Source: an uncultured delta proteobacterium (GTDB lineage: Bacteria; Desulfobacterota; Binatia; DP-6). From it: a stretch of DNA of 64,000 bases. A model generated the notes under the pieces. That model made no database searches, was not told the DNA's origin, and worked only from the letters and a program-made list of their open reading frames with translations. Positions 27,524 to 36,526 of the stretch are shown piece after piece; within the stretch, counting starts at the first letter, position 1; the number at the start of each line of letters is the position of its first letter. The position numbers were made by a program, and so were the translations under genes. Where the stretch lies: assembly GCA_963815115.1 (NCBI GenBank), contig CAWFFN010000007.1, positions 1 to 64,000 of the forward strand, given 5' to 3'.

Positions 27524-30178
27524 GTGACCCGCACTCACTCTCCTCTCGCCGCGCCCGAGACCGCCGGCGGCCGGGCGTCGACCCGGCTGCGCGAGTACCG
27601 GCGCAAACGCGACTTCTCGGTGACACCGGAGCCGGGCGGGCACGAGCCGGCCCGCGGCAAGGGCGATTCGTTCGTCATACAGAAGCACGCTGCAACCCGT
27701 CTGCACTACGACTTTCGCCTCGAGCTGGACGGCGTCCTGCTCAGCTGGGCAGTGCCGAAAGGGCCGAGTCTCGACCCCGCCGAGAAGCGCCTCGCGATGC
27801 GTACGGAGGATCATCCGGTCGAGTACGGCTCGTTCGAGGGCGTGATCCCCGAGGGCGAGTACGGCGGCGGGACGGTTCTGCTCTGGGACCACGGGATCTG
27901 GAAGCCGCTCGGCGATCCCCGCAAGGGTCTCGCGAAGGGAAAGCTCGAGTTCACGCTGGACGGCAGCAAGCTGCACGGGCGCTGGACGCTGGTGAAGATC
28001 CGCGGCCGGCAGAGCCGGGACGCGGACAAGGCCTGGCTGCTGATCAAGGGCCGGGACGAGAGCTCACGAAGCGCGGGTGACTATGACGTCACCGGGGCGC
28101 TTGCGGAGAGCGTCGCGACCGGGCGCGGGCTCGACGAGATCGCCCGGCAGCGCGATCGGGTGTGGCGTTCGAGCAAGCCCGCCAGGTCGACCCGACCGCG
28201 TCGTGCCGCTGCGGCCGGGGCGCCCCGGAGCGTGGACGCTGCCGCACTCCCCGGCGCACGCCGCGCATCGCTGCCGGCGTTCGTCGAGCCGCAGCTGGCC
28301 ACCCTCGTGACGGCACCCCCCGACGGCGACGAGTGGCTCCACGAGATGAAGTTCGACGGCTACCGCGTGCTGTGCCGCATCCAGCGTGGCGGGGCGCGGC
28401 TGCTCAGCCGGAAGGGGCTCGACTGGACCGCTCGGCTGCCGGGCGTGGCGAGTGCCGCAGCGCGGCTCGGGGCGCGGTCCGCGATGCTCGACGGCGAGGT
28501 CGCCGTCGTGCTGCCGAACGGGGTCACCAGCTTCAATGCACTGCAGAACGCGCTCGGCGGCGACGGCGGCGACGCGCTCGTCTACTTCGTCTTCGACCTG
28601 CTTCACCTCGACGGCAGCGATCTCACCGGCGTTCCTCTGGAGCAGCGCAAGGAGGCGCTCCGCGCGCTGCTGGAGATGTCGAGCGCGGGACCGACGCTGC
28701 GCTACAGCGACCACGTCGCCGGAAACGGAGAGGCGTTCCTGCGCCACGCCTGCCGCATGGCGCTGGAGGGCGTGGTCTCGAAGCGCCGCGACGCGCGATA
28801 CGAATCCGGACGCGGGCGAAGCTGGCTCAAGGCCAAGTGCATCCAGGAGCAGGAGTTCGTCGTGGGCGGCTTCACCGATCCGGAGGGCAGGCGGAGCGGG
28901 ATCGGCGCGCTGCTCCTCGGCGTACACGACGACGACGGTACGCTCGTCTATGTCGGCAAGGTCGGTACCGGCTTCACCAGTCGCATGGCGGCCGAGCTTC
29001 GTGGTCGTCTCGACGCGCTCGGGATGCCGGCGTGTCCGTTCGTGCCACGCCCGCCGGGCGTGCCGCGCGCCCACTGGGTACGACCGCAGCTGGTCGGCGA
29101 GGTGGAGTTCACGGAGTGGACGCCGGACGGTCGCCTGCGCCATCCCTCGTGGAAGGGTCTGCGCGAGGACAAGCCCGCGCGCGAGGTCGTGCGCGAACGC
29201 CCCGCCGGGGCGGGGGCCGCGCCCCGACCGCGGTCGAGGAAGGCTGCGGCCGCGGCCCCCGCCCGGCCCGCCGCCGCGCGAATCTCCACCCGGGGCGCCG
29301 GCACGGCAGAGGTGGCGGGGGTGCGGATCACCCATCCCGATCGCGTGCTCTACCCGCCGCAGGGGATCACGAAGGTCGAGCTCGCGGAGTTCTACGAGTC
29401 GATCGCGGAGTGGATCCTGCCGCACCTGCGCGGGCGGCCGACGTCGCTGGTGCGCTGTCCGGAGGGTCTCGCGAAGGAGTGTTTCTACCAGAAGCACGTC
29501 GGCGTGTGGGCTCCGGCGGCGCTGCGACGGGTACGGATCCAGGAGAAGCGAAAGGTCGGGGAGTACCTCATCGTCGAGGATCTGCCCGGGCTGGTCGGTC
29601 TCGTGCAGATCGGCATCCTCGAGATTCACACCTGGAATGCGACGGCGGAGCGGCTGGAAGAGCCCGACCGCCTCGTGTTCGACCTCGATCCCGGCGACGG
29701 CGTCTCCTGGAGCGACGTCGTCGTGGCGGCGCGAACGCTGCGCGGCCTTCTCCGGAGCCTGGGCCTCGAGACCTTCCTCAAGACCACCGGGGGAAAAGGG
29801 CTGCATCTGGTCGCTCCCATCGATCGAGGTCCCGGCTGGGACGACTGTCTCGCGTTCGCGCGCGCGGTGGCCGGGCGCCTCGCACGGGAATCGCCGCGCT
29901 CGTTCACCGCGGACGTCGCGAAGAGCGAGCGGCGCGGGCGGATCTATCTCGACTACCTGCGCAACCTCCGCGGCGCCACGGCGGTCGCGGCCTACTCGAC
30001 GCGCGCCCGGGCAGGAGCGCCGGTCTCGACGCCTCTGGCGTGGGACGAGCTCGGCCCGCGGATGCGCTCCGATCACTTCACGGTGTCGAATCTGGGGCGC
30101 CGGCTGGCATCGTTGCGGCACGACCCCTGGAAGGACTATGCCCGGACCCGCCAGGCACTCCCGGCTCCTCCGAAGTGA
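27524..30178 (+). CDS. ligD: DNA ligase D (phosphoesterase-ligase-polymerase); start approximate
   Basis: EYRRKRDF, QKHAATRLHYDFRLE, EMKFDGYR, EGVVSKR, WLKAKC, FDLDP, KTTGGKGLH, YLDYLRN. Confidence 0.96.
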   Translation: MTRTHSPLAAPETAGGRASTRLREYRRKRDFSVTPEPGGHEPARGKGDSFVIQKHAATRLHYDFRLELDGVLLSWAVPKGPSLDPAEKRLAMRTEDHPVEYGSFEGVIPEGEYGGGTVLLWDHGIWKPLGDPRKGLAKGKLEFTLDGSKLHGRWTLVKIRGRQSRDADKAWLLIKGRDESSRSAGDYDVTGALAESVATGRGLDEIARQRDRVWRSSKPARSTRPRRAAAAGAPRSVDAAALPGARRASLPAFVEPQLATLVTAPPDGDEWLHEMKFDGYRVLCRIQRGGARLLSRKGLDWTARLPGVASAAARLGARSAMLDGEVAVVLPNGVTSFNALQNALGGDGGDALVYFVFDLLHLDGSDLTGVPLEQRKEALRALLEMSSAGPTLRYSDHVAGNGEAFLRHACRMALEGVVSKRRDARYESGRGRSWLKAKCIQEQEFVVGGFTDPEGRRSGIGALLLGVHDDDGTLVYVGKVGTGFTSRMAAELRGRLDALGMPACPFVPRPPGVPRAHWVRPQLVGEVEFTEWTPDGRLRHPSWKGLREDKPAREVVRERPAGAGAAPRPRSRKAAAAAPARPAAARISTRGAGTAEVAGVRITHPDRVLYPPQGITKVELAEFYESIAEWILPHLRGRPTSLVRCPEGLAKECFYQKHVGVWAPAALRRVRIQEKRKVGEYLIVEDLPGLVGLVQIGILEIHTWNATAERLEEPDRLVFDLDPGDGVSWSDVVVAARTLRGLLRSLGLETFLKTTGGKGLHLVAPIDRGPGWDDCLAFARAVAGRLARESPRSFTADVAKSERRGRIYLDYLRNLRGATAVAAYSTRARAGAPVSTPLAWDELGPRMRSDHFTVSNLGRRLASLRHDPWKDYARTRQALPAPPK

Positions 30179-30867
30179 CGATCGAAACTCCACGCAGGTT
30201 ATTCCTGCTCTCTCCGGCATCGTGCGGCGGGCAGCGGGCGCGGCTGCTCTTCCATCCGCGGGCTCGCTTCGACATCGCGCGCGAGCTGCGCACCGCGGCC
30301 GGTGTGCCCCTGGGCCAGGTCTTCAGCTTCCTGAGCGGGCTCTACTTCCGTGGCAAGCTCGAGTACGCCTCCACCTACGCGCGGCCGCCGGACGGCACAC
30401 CCGGCGTGTTCGTCATGACGGCGGGCGAGGGCCTGTGCTCGCCGCAGATGCGCGTGCGGCTGGATGTGCTCGAACGCTGGGCCGCGATTCCGATCGACAC
30501 CGGCGAGGCGCGCTACACGGGGCCGTTGCTGCGCGATGCCCGCGCCCTGCACGAGGGTCTTCGAGACGGTTCTTGCGAGGTCGTGCTGCTGGGCAGCGTC
30601 GCCACCGGAAAGTACGTCGATCTGCTCCAGGAGGTGTTCGGGACTCGCCTGATCTTCCCTGCCGAGTTCGTCGGGCGCGGCGACATGAGCCGGGGCGGCC
30701 TGCTGCTGCGAAGCGCGCGCGACGGGCGCGAGCTCACCTATCTGCCGGTGGCGGGCGCGGTGCGGCGCGGCCCGCGGCCCGCGCGGCTGGTGCCGCGTCC
30801 GGGCATCCTCGGCAAGCCGGCACGGCGGCCCGGTGCCACGCCGCGAGGCGTCCGCCGCGAGCGCTGA
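30175..30867 (+). CDS. Hypothetical protein translationally coupled to ligD (possible YaaA/DUF6884-like fold)
   Basis: GTGA overlap with the ligD stop; FLLSPA, FLSGLYFRGKL, VVLLGSVATGKY, FVGRGDMSRGGLLLR. Confidence 0.75.
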   Translation: MTIETPRRLFLLSPASCGGQRARLLFHPRARFDIARELRTAAGVPLGQVFSFLSGLYFRGKLEYASTYARPPDGTPGVFVMTAGEGLCSPQMRVRLDVLERWAAIPIDTGEARYTGPLLRDARALHEGLRDGSCEVVLLGSVATGKYVDLLQEVFGTRLIFPAEFVGRGDMSRGGLLLRSARDGRELTYLPVAGAVRRGPRPARLVPRPGILGKPARRPGATPRGVRRER

Positions 30868-30876
30868 GGCGCGGGG

Positions 30877-32295
30877 TCAGCGCAGCACGCCGCGCAGCGC
30901 GGAGCACGCCGCTCCGTATCCGCACATGCCGTGCACGCCCCCGCCCGGCGGCGTCGAGCTCGAGCACACGAGGATGCGAGGATTGGGCGTCGTGTACGGG
31001 TCGTAGCGCAGGACGGGCCGTGCCAGCACCTGCGCCAGCGTGTTGGCGCCTCCGTTGTTGTCGCCGCCGACCATGTTCGGGTTGCGTGCCTCGAAATCGC
31101 TCGCCGCGATGGTGTGGCGCGCCAGGATGCAGTCCCGAAACCCGGGAGCGAAGCGCTCGATCTGTCGCTCGATACGCGCGGTCATGTCGACGCTCGAGCC
31201 GTTCGGGACGTGACAGTAGGCCCAGCCGGTGTGCAGTCCCGCGGGCGCACGGGTCGGGTCGAACAGGCTCGGCTGGGCGACGAGCACGAAGGGCTGCTCG
31301 CTGACGCGACCGGCCCAGGGGTCGGCTTCGGCGGCGGCGATGGCCTCGAACGTGTCGCCCACGTGGACGGTCGCGCTCTGCCGGCACTCCTCCCGCCGCC
31401 AGGGGATGGGCTCGCGCAACGCCCAGTCGATCTTGAAGACGCCCGGACCGTAGCGGAAGCGGGCGAGGCGGTTGCGGTAGGCCTGCGGGAGCTCGTTGCC
31501 GGCGATCCGGAGCACCTGGCGCGGCGTCAAGTCGAGCAGGACCGCCCGGTGGGCAGGCAGATCGCGCAGCGACCGCACGGGCGTCGACACGGCGATCTCG
31601 CCTCCGAGGCGCCGCAGGACGGATGCGAGCGCATCGCCGATCGACCGGGACCCGCCGCGCGCGCAAGGCCAGCCGAACGCGTGGCCGGTGAGCAGCAGGA
31701 TCAGGGCGAACGCGCCGGTCCCCGCATGCCCGAGCGGTACGGTGGAGTGCGCGGCACAGCCGGCGAGCAGCGCGCGCGCCCGCGCGCCCCCGAATCGCGC
31801 GTCGACGATCGCGCGGCAGGAGCGCAGCGCGTGCAGGCCGAAGCGAGCCATCAGCAGCGGATGCAAGGGAACGCGAAGCGGTCGCAGGACGTCGGCCAGC
31901 AGCGGCTCGACGTCGGCGGCCAGCCGTCCCACGAGGTCGGCGTAGGCTCGCTCGTCGGGTCCCAGTCGCGCCGCCGTCGCTGCGGGCGATCGCTCGAGAA
32001 CCGCCACGTCGCCGTCCGCCAGCGGGTGCGCGAGCGGGAACGGCGGCTGTATCCACTCGACGCCGTGCTGCTCGAGCGCGAGGGATCGGAAGAATGGAGA
32101 TGCGACGCCGAGCGGATGGATGGCCGAGCACACGTCGTGACGGAATCCGGGACGCGTCAGCTCCTCGGTCCGGGTGCCGCCGCCGATCCGGTCCGCCGCC
32201 TCGACGACGAGCACCGATCGCCCCGCCCGGGCGAGCACGATGGCTGCCGAGAGGCCGTTCGGTCCCGCACCGACGACGATGGCGTCCAGCGGCAT
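30877..32295 (-). CDS. Phytoene dehydrogenase-like FAD-dependent oxidoreductase
   Basis: VVGAGPNGL, HDVCSAIHP, NPNMVGGD, STPPGGGVHGMCG. Confidence 0.9.
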   Translation of the reverse strand: MPLDAIVVGAGPNGLSAAIVLARAGRSVLVVEAADRIGGGTRTEELTRPGFRHDVCSAIHPLGVASPFFRSLALEQHGVEWIQPPFPLAHPLADGDVAVLERSPAATAARLGPDERAYADLVGRLAADVEPLLADVLRPLRVPLHPLLMARFGLHALRSCRAIVDARFGGARARALLAGCAAHSTVPLGHAGTGAFALILLLTGHAFGWPCARGGSRSIGDALASVLRRLGGEIAVSTPVRSLRDLPAHRAVLLDLTPRQVLRIAGNELPQAYRNRLARFRYGPGVFKIDWALREPIPWRREECRQSATVHVGDTFEAIAAAEADPWAGRVSEQPFVLVAQPSLFDPTRAPAGLHTGWAYCHVPNGSSVDMTARIERQIERFAPGFRDCILARHTIAASDFEARNPNMVGGDNNGGANTLAQVLARPVLRYDPYTTPNPRILVCSSSTPPGGGVHGMCGYGAACSALRGVLR

Positions 32296-32401
32296 CCCCC
32301 TGGTACCCCTGGTCGTCCGCCGCGCCCGCGTCAACGGTCTCGGGCGGAAGCGGGATTGGCCTCGTGGCGCTCGTCTGCCCGCGTCGCCGTAGCCACCGGC
32401 G

Positions 32402-33073
32402 CTACGGGGAGCCCCCCGGCGCCTCCGTCGCGGTTTCGCCGAGGGCCTCCGCGGCGACACGCAGGTCGGCGACGAACTGCCCGAATGCCGCCTGGCGGCT
32501 GTCCTCGTCCGTCGCGCGCAGGATCGACGACGGATGGACCGTCGCCAGGACGCGCGAAGCGAACGCCGAGGCGACGAATCGGCCACGATCGCGGCTGACG
32601 CGAAATTGCGCCCCGAGCAGGGCCTGGGCGGCGGTGGCACCGAGGCACACGACGATCCGCGGCCTCACCAAGGCGATCTCGCGCTCCAGCCAGGGCCGGC
32701 ACGCCGCGATCTGGCGCGCGTTCGGCTTCTTGTGGATACGCCACTTCCCGCGCGGCTCCCAGCTGAAGTGCTTCACCACGTTGGTCACGTAGGCGCGCGC
32801 GCGCTCGATCCCGGCCTCGGCGAGCGCCCGTTCCAGCAGCTTTCCGGCAGGCCCGACGAACGGCCGGCCGGAGAGGTCCTCCTCGTTTCCCGGCTGCTCG
32901 CCGACGAGCATCACGGGCGCGTGCGCGCGCCCTTCCCCGAAGACGGTCTGGGTCGCGCGCTCCCACAGGTCACACGCCTGGCACTTCGCGGCTTCGCGAC
33001 GCAGCTCGGGCAGGGAAGCACCCGGCAGAGCCGGCGGTGAGGGCCGTTCTGGCGTGCGCGGTCTCCGTCGCAC
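32402..33073 (-). CDS. udgX: UdgX-type uracil-DNA binding protein (family 4 UDG)
   Basis: CQACDLW, VGEQPG, PFVGPAG, NVVKHF, R-loop GKWRIHKKP, HPSSILR. Confidence 0.88.
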   Translation of the reverse strand: MRRRPRTPERPSPPALPGASLPELRREAAKCQACDLWERATQTVFGEGRAHAPVMLVGEQPGNEEDLSGRPFVGPAGKLLERALAEAGIERARAYVTNVVKHFSWEPRGKWRIHKKPNARQIAACRPWLEREIALVRPRIVVCLGATAAQALLGAQFRVSRDRGRFVASAFASRVLATVHPSSILRATDEDSRQAAFGQFVADLRVAAEALGETATEAPGGSP

Positions 33074-33130
33074 GAGTGGCCTCCAGCGGCGGGCTCGCCC
33101 GTGCTGCCGGCCGAGCCCGGCCGCCGTCGA

Positions 33131-33424
33131 TCACGCGTGGTGCCGGGGCTCGGCCTCGACGGAATTCGTCGGGGTGATCTGGTCCTTGAGCCGCTGGGTT
33201 GCGCCGTCCAGCCGCTCGCCGAGATCGTGGCGGAGCTCGTGCCCGGGCTTGGGTGCGAACAGCAGCGCCAGGGCGCCACCGACCACCGTGCCGAGGGCGA
33301 AGGCCCCGATCATGGTGAACGCGGTGTCGTTGGCGCTGCGCTGCTGCAGGCCGACCCAGTTGAGGAGGTCGTCACGTTCCGGGAGGCGGGTTCCCAGCTG
33401 CTGGGAGAGATCCTTGAGTGTCAT
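33131..33424 (-). CDS. YtxH-domain protein
   Basis: GTVVGGALALLFAPKPGHELR. Confidence 0.85.
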   Translation of the reverse strand: MTLKDLSQQLGTRLPERDDLLNWVGLQQRSANDTAFTMIGAFALGTVVGGALALLFAPKPGHELRHDLGERLDGATQRLKDQITPTNSVEAEPRHHA

Positions 33425-33660
33425 TGATAGCTCCTCTGTTGGTCGAATGCGCCGCGGACCGCCGCGGCGAGGACGTTGCCGGCCATCGCGCGGCCGCCGG
33501 TCATGATGAGCAGCCGCACGAGGCCGGGCGTGAGGCCACCGCCGAGCACGTACCCGGCGGCGAGCGCGAGGCCGAGCGTACGGTACGGGGCCGCCTGCAC
33601 CTCCTGGCGCAGGAAATTCGCGACCTCGTCCGAGCGTCGTTCCACCTCCGAGAACTCCAT
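33421..33660 (-). CDS. Small membrane-anchored DUF883-like protein
   Basis: EVQAAPYRTLGLALAAGYVLGGGL; RBS GGAGG; coupled to the downstream gene. Confidence 0.7.
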   Translation of the reverse strand: MEFSEVERRSDEVANFLRQEVQAAPYRTLGLALAAGYVLGGGLTPGLVRLLIMTGGRAMAGNVLAAAVRGAFDQQRSYQ

Positions 33661-33664
33661 GTTT

Positions 33665-33859
33665 CTACCTCCCTCTGCCGAGCCACAGGCCGACGACGAA
33701 TGCGCCCGCGAGCCACGCACCCGGGCGCAGCCGAATGGACTCCGAGGGATCGCTCCACGAGCGCGCGGCGACCGAGAGGTCCTGCACCGCGAGCCGCAGC
33801 TCGTGCTTGTGCTGCTCGAGGCTCTGGCGCAGCGCTTCCCGGTTCTCCGGCCTAGCCAT
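33665..33859 (-). CDS. Small tail-anchored hypothetical protein
   Basis: IRLRPGAWLAGAFVVGLWLG; overlaps the stop of the upstream gene. Confidence 0.7.
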   Translation of the reverse strand: MARPENREALRQSLEQHKHELRLAVQDLSVAARSWSDPSESIRLRPGAWLAGAFVVGLWLGRGR

Positions 33860-34202
33860 CCCCGATGTCCTTCAGCCGGTGGCGTGCGCCGACGATGAGA
33901 ACGCCCCCTCCGAGCAGGTTCAGGGCGGCGAGGGCCCCCAGGGTCTGCAGCGCGCCGAACCGCGGCGCCAGGATCTCGAAGGCAGCCATCAGCGCGATCA
34001 CCCATCCGATCGCCAGCAGCACCGTTGCGAGCAACATCAGCGCGCTGTTCCGCAGGGCTCCCGAAAGGGCGGAGGACAGCTCGACGCCGAGCAGGCTCAC
34101 CTCGTCGCCGACCACCTTCTGCGCGGCGTCGACCATCCGGTCGAGGGAATCGGTCAGCGAGGGAGCAGGCCGCTGATCAGAGCCGTTCGCTTGCAGGTGC
34201 AT
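33852..34202 (-). CDS. YqjE-like (phage holin 3_6 family) membrane protein
   Basis: VGDEVSLLGVEL followed by two TM helices. Confidence 0.72.
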   Translation of the reverse strand: MHLQANGSDQRPAPSLTDSLDRMVDAAQKVVGDEVSLLGVELSSALSGALRNSALMLLATVLLAIGWVIALMAAFEILAPRFGALQTLGALAALNLLGGGVLIVGARHRLKDIGDG

Positions 34203-34217
34203 CGTCGTGACGCGATC

Positions 34218-34234
34218 TGCACCTCGCGTGCCAG
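34218..34234 (-). promoter_or_regulatory. sigma54 promoter for the yqjE-like operon
   Basis: CTGGCACGCGAGGTGCA. Confidence 0.7.
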
Positions 34235-34343
34235 GAAGCGGTGGGCCTCAAACGCCTGCCGGCGGCTCGCGAGAGCGACGGGGCCCGCGTGCGCTTTGTA
34301 CGTTCTACTCCGCAGCCATCCGCGATCTGCCGAGAGTCCGTCG

Positions 34344-34475
34344 TCAGCCGGCGATCAGCGCCCAGGTCAGGACGACCAGGCCGGGAACGCCCAGGAGCCA
34401 CGCGAGCAAGAACCGGACGTCGTATTCGCTGCTCAGCGTGGCGTGCGGTCCCGCCGACACTATCTCGGACTTCAT
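34344..34475 (-). CDS. 43-aa single-TM small protein (not in ORF track)
   Basis: MKSEIVSAGPHATLSSEYDVRFLLAWLLGVPGLVVLTWALIAG; RBS GAGGAGG. Confidence 0.7.
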   Translation of the reverse strand: MKSEIVSAGPHATLSSEYDVRFLLAWLLGVPGLVVLTWALIAG

Positions 34476-34520
34476 TTGGCTCCTCCTCGCATCCCCGCTT
34501 GCGACGCTTCGGTTGGCAGG

Positions 34521-34537
34521 AGCGAAGAGCGTGCCAG
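34521..34537 (-). promoter_or_regulatory. sigma54 promoter
   Basis: CTGGCACGCTCTTCGCT; box TTTCTACAAA at 34601-34610. Confidence 0.7.
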
Positions 34538-34773
34538 CGGCGTGACCGGCCGATTTTCAACGGGCGTCGCTCACCCGGCGACCCGCGCGCTGGCGGATTG
34601 TTTCTACAAATCACCAGCTTGGCCGGGGGCGGGGATGCCAGGCTCGCGTGCGGGCCTGGCCTCACCTCTGCCGGTGGGGCCATCGTGTGTCATCTCGCGC
34701 TGGCTGCAGATCACGACGGGGCCGCTCGCTCGCGGCGGACACGCTTCCGGCACCGGACACCGAGCGCGAGGGG

Positions 34774-35544
34774 TCACTCGAGACGGATCTCCTGCCCGGC
34801 GTAGTTTCTCGGCCCCACGAAACGCACCATGGCCGGCGGGGAGTCCTTGGTCTGGAAGAAGCTGGTGTCCGGCGCGATCATGTGCACGATGGGGTTGAGC
34901 AGCGGGTTGACGGTCACCCGCATGATGTACTGGACGACGGGGACCGGGTGCCCCGGCCGCTGGACGGTCGACGGATCGCCACGCGACACTTCCATGTCCA
35001 TCTTGCGCGGGCTGGGCGTCGGCACGACGGTATGGAACACGAGCTTGCCGCCTTCCGCGTTGGCGTCGAAGTTCTTCAGCACCAGGTTGATCAGCGGTCC
35101 GAAATAGGTTCCCGGCGGAAGTTCCCCACGCTCGTCGAAGTCCGTCTTGTCCTTGCCCTGACCGTAGAATCCCCAGACGCGACCCGCGCCGACATCGACA
35201 TGCATGTCGACGATCGTCTCTCCCGCGCTGTTCCGGATGATGGACTCGCCGCGCACGGTGCGAAGTGTCTTGCCGATCTTCGCGACCGCAGAATCCTCGT
35301 CGCTGGAGCCGTCGTTGAAGTAGGCGACGCGCTTTGCCTCGAGCGTGTCGCCCCTGCGGCGCTGATTGTAGTGGACGACCCCGATGGGGTCGGTTCCCTC
35401 CTTGCCGAAGATGTTGACGAAGCCGGTCAGCTCGCCCTCGTCGTACGCCATCTTGATCGGGTCGCCCGCGTCCCGGGCACCGGCTCGTGGCGCGAGCGCC
35501 AGAACGAGGAAGAAGATGGACCACCTGACATGTCTGATCGGCAT
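34774..35544 (-). CDS. Secreted hypothetical protein
   Basis: Signal peptide (WSIFFLVLALAPRAGA), beta-rich body, C-terminal RFVGPRNY. Confidence 0.75.
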   Translation of the reverse strand: MPIRHVRWSIFFLVLALAPRAGARDAGDPIKMAYDEGELTGFVNIFGKEGTDPIGVVHYNQRRRGDTLEAKRVAYFNDGSSDEDSAVAKIGKTLRTVRGESIIRNSAGETIVDMHVDVGAGRVWGFYGQGKDKTDFDERGELPPGTYFGPLINLVLKNFDANAEGGKLVFHTVVPTPSPRKMDMEVSRGDPSTVQRPGHPVPVVQYIMRVTVNPLLNPIVHMIAPDTSFFQTKDSPPAMVRFVGPRNYAGQEIRLE

Positions 35545-35585
35545 CGTGGACTGCGAGGTCTGGAAGACGCTCGTTCGCCGCGGCG

Positions 35586-36110
35586 TCACTCGCCGGCCGT
35601 GTCGTGCAACCCGACGGCCCAGTCCTGGCGGGCTACGTCGACGCTCTGGGCGCCTGCGGCGGCCAGGGCCTCGCGGGCTGCATCGGCCTCGTCCGAGGTC
35701 TCGATCGCGGCAACGAGAAGCGCCCGGCCGTGCCGCAGCGCTTCCTCGTAGACGACCAGCTCGTCGTGCGGAATGCCGAACGACAGCTTGTCCTCCACGA
35801 CGTCACCCGCCACGGCTCCGCCGCCGGCGCCGAGGAGGGCAGCACCGGCGATCCCCGCGATCGCGGCAGCGCCGATGGGCGGAGCCAGCAGGCTCGCGAG
35901 CGCCGCACCGACCGCACCGCCAACCACCCCGCCGACCGCGGCGCCCATCCCGGGCTGCTCCGCGTCGTCCGTCGGCAGCGTGTCGATCTCTCCGCCGGAC
36001 GCGGTCGGTGACACGAGGCGAACGCGCGCACCGGGAACGACGCGAAACACGTCCCGGCCGGCTCGTCGCGCGTCCTCTATCGTTTGGAAGATACCGACGA
36101 CGGCTTGCAT
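35586..36110 (-). CDS. General stress protein (YflT-like glycine-zipper paralog)
   Basis: MQAVVGIF, GAAVGGVVGG, GIPHDELVVYEEALRHGRALL. Confidence 0.8.
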   Translation of the reverse strand: MQAVVGIFQTIEDARRAGRDVFRVVPGARVRLVSPTASGGEIDTLPTDDAEQPGMGAAVGGVVGGAVGAALASLLAPPIGAAAIAGIAGAALLGAGGGAVAGDVVEDKLSFGIPHDELVVYEEALRHGRALLVAAIETSDEADAAREALAAAGAQSVDVARQDWAVGLHDTAGE

Positions 36111-36123
36111 GAACCGTTGGTGG

Positions 36124-36140
36124 AGCGAGAACCGTGCCGC
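36124..36140 (-). promoter_or_regulatory. sigma54 promoter
   Basis: GCGGCACGGTTCTCGCT. Confidence 0.6.
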
Positions 36141-36257
36141 TCGCAAGGGCTGTGCGCGCCCGTGAATCCCGCGTGCATGCCGCCGATCTCTACAACTTAC
36201 AACGCCTTGCCCCGCTGACGGCGTCACGAACGCCGCACCGACTTTGCTCCGCGAGGA

Positions 36258-36274
36258 CCGGCACCGGTCCTGCA
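36258..36274 (+). promoter_or_regulatory. sigma54 promoter for csbD
   Basis: CCGGCACCGGTCCTGCA. Confidence 0.65.
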
Positions 36275-36313
36275 TGATCGCTCGTCGGTCCGCCTGGACC
36301 GAAGGAGGAAACG

Positions 36314-36526
36314 ATGAACAAGGACACCCTCAAGGGGCAGTGGAAGCAGTTGAAGGGACAGGTCCGCAAGCAGTGGGGCAAGCTCACTGATGACGACCTG
36401 GATCAGATTCACGGTGACGCAGAGATCCTCGCCGGCAAGATTCAGGAGCGCTACGGCCGGGCGAAGGACGACGCGCAGCGTGAGGTCGACAAGTTCTTCG
36501 AGGATCAGGACCAGCCCCGGGCGTAG
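36314..36526 (+). CDS. csbD: CsbD/YjbJ family stress protein
   Basis: MNKDTLKGQWKQLKGQVRKQWGKLTDDDL...GKIQERYG. Confidence 0.95.
   Translation: MNKDTLKGQWKQLKGQVRKQWGKLTDDDLDQIHGDAEILAGKIQERYGRAKDDAQREVDKFFEDQDQPRA

Noticed and set aside
28064-31304. Very long alternative-frame ORFs (718-972 aa) over ligD, and similar ones over xfp, treZ/treY, valS and the radical SAM gene
   Set aside because: Arg/Ala/Pro-rich shadow ORFs expected in high-GC DNA; only the parts noted as real genes carry motifs.
33852-34202. Holin-family gene as evidence of a prophage
   Set aside because: YqjE-like stress family; no endolysin or phage structural genes nearby.
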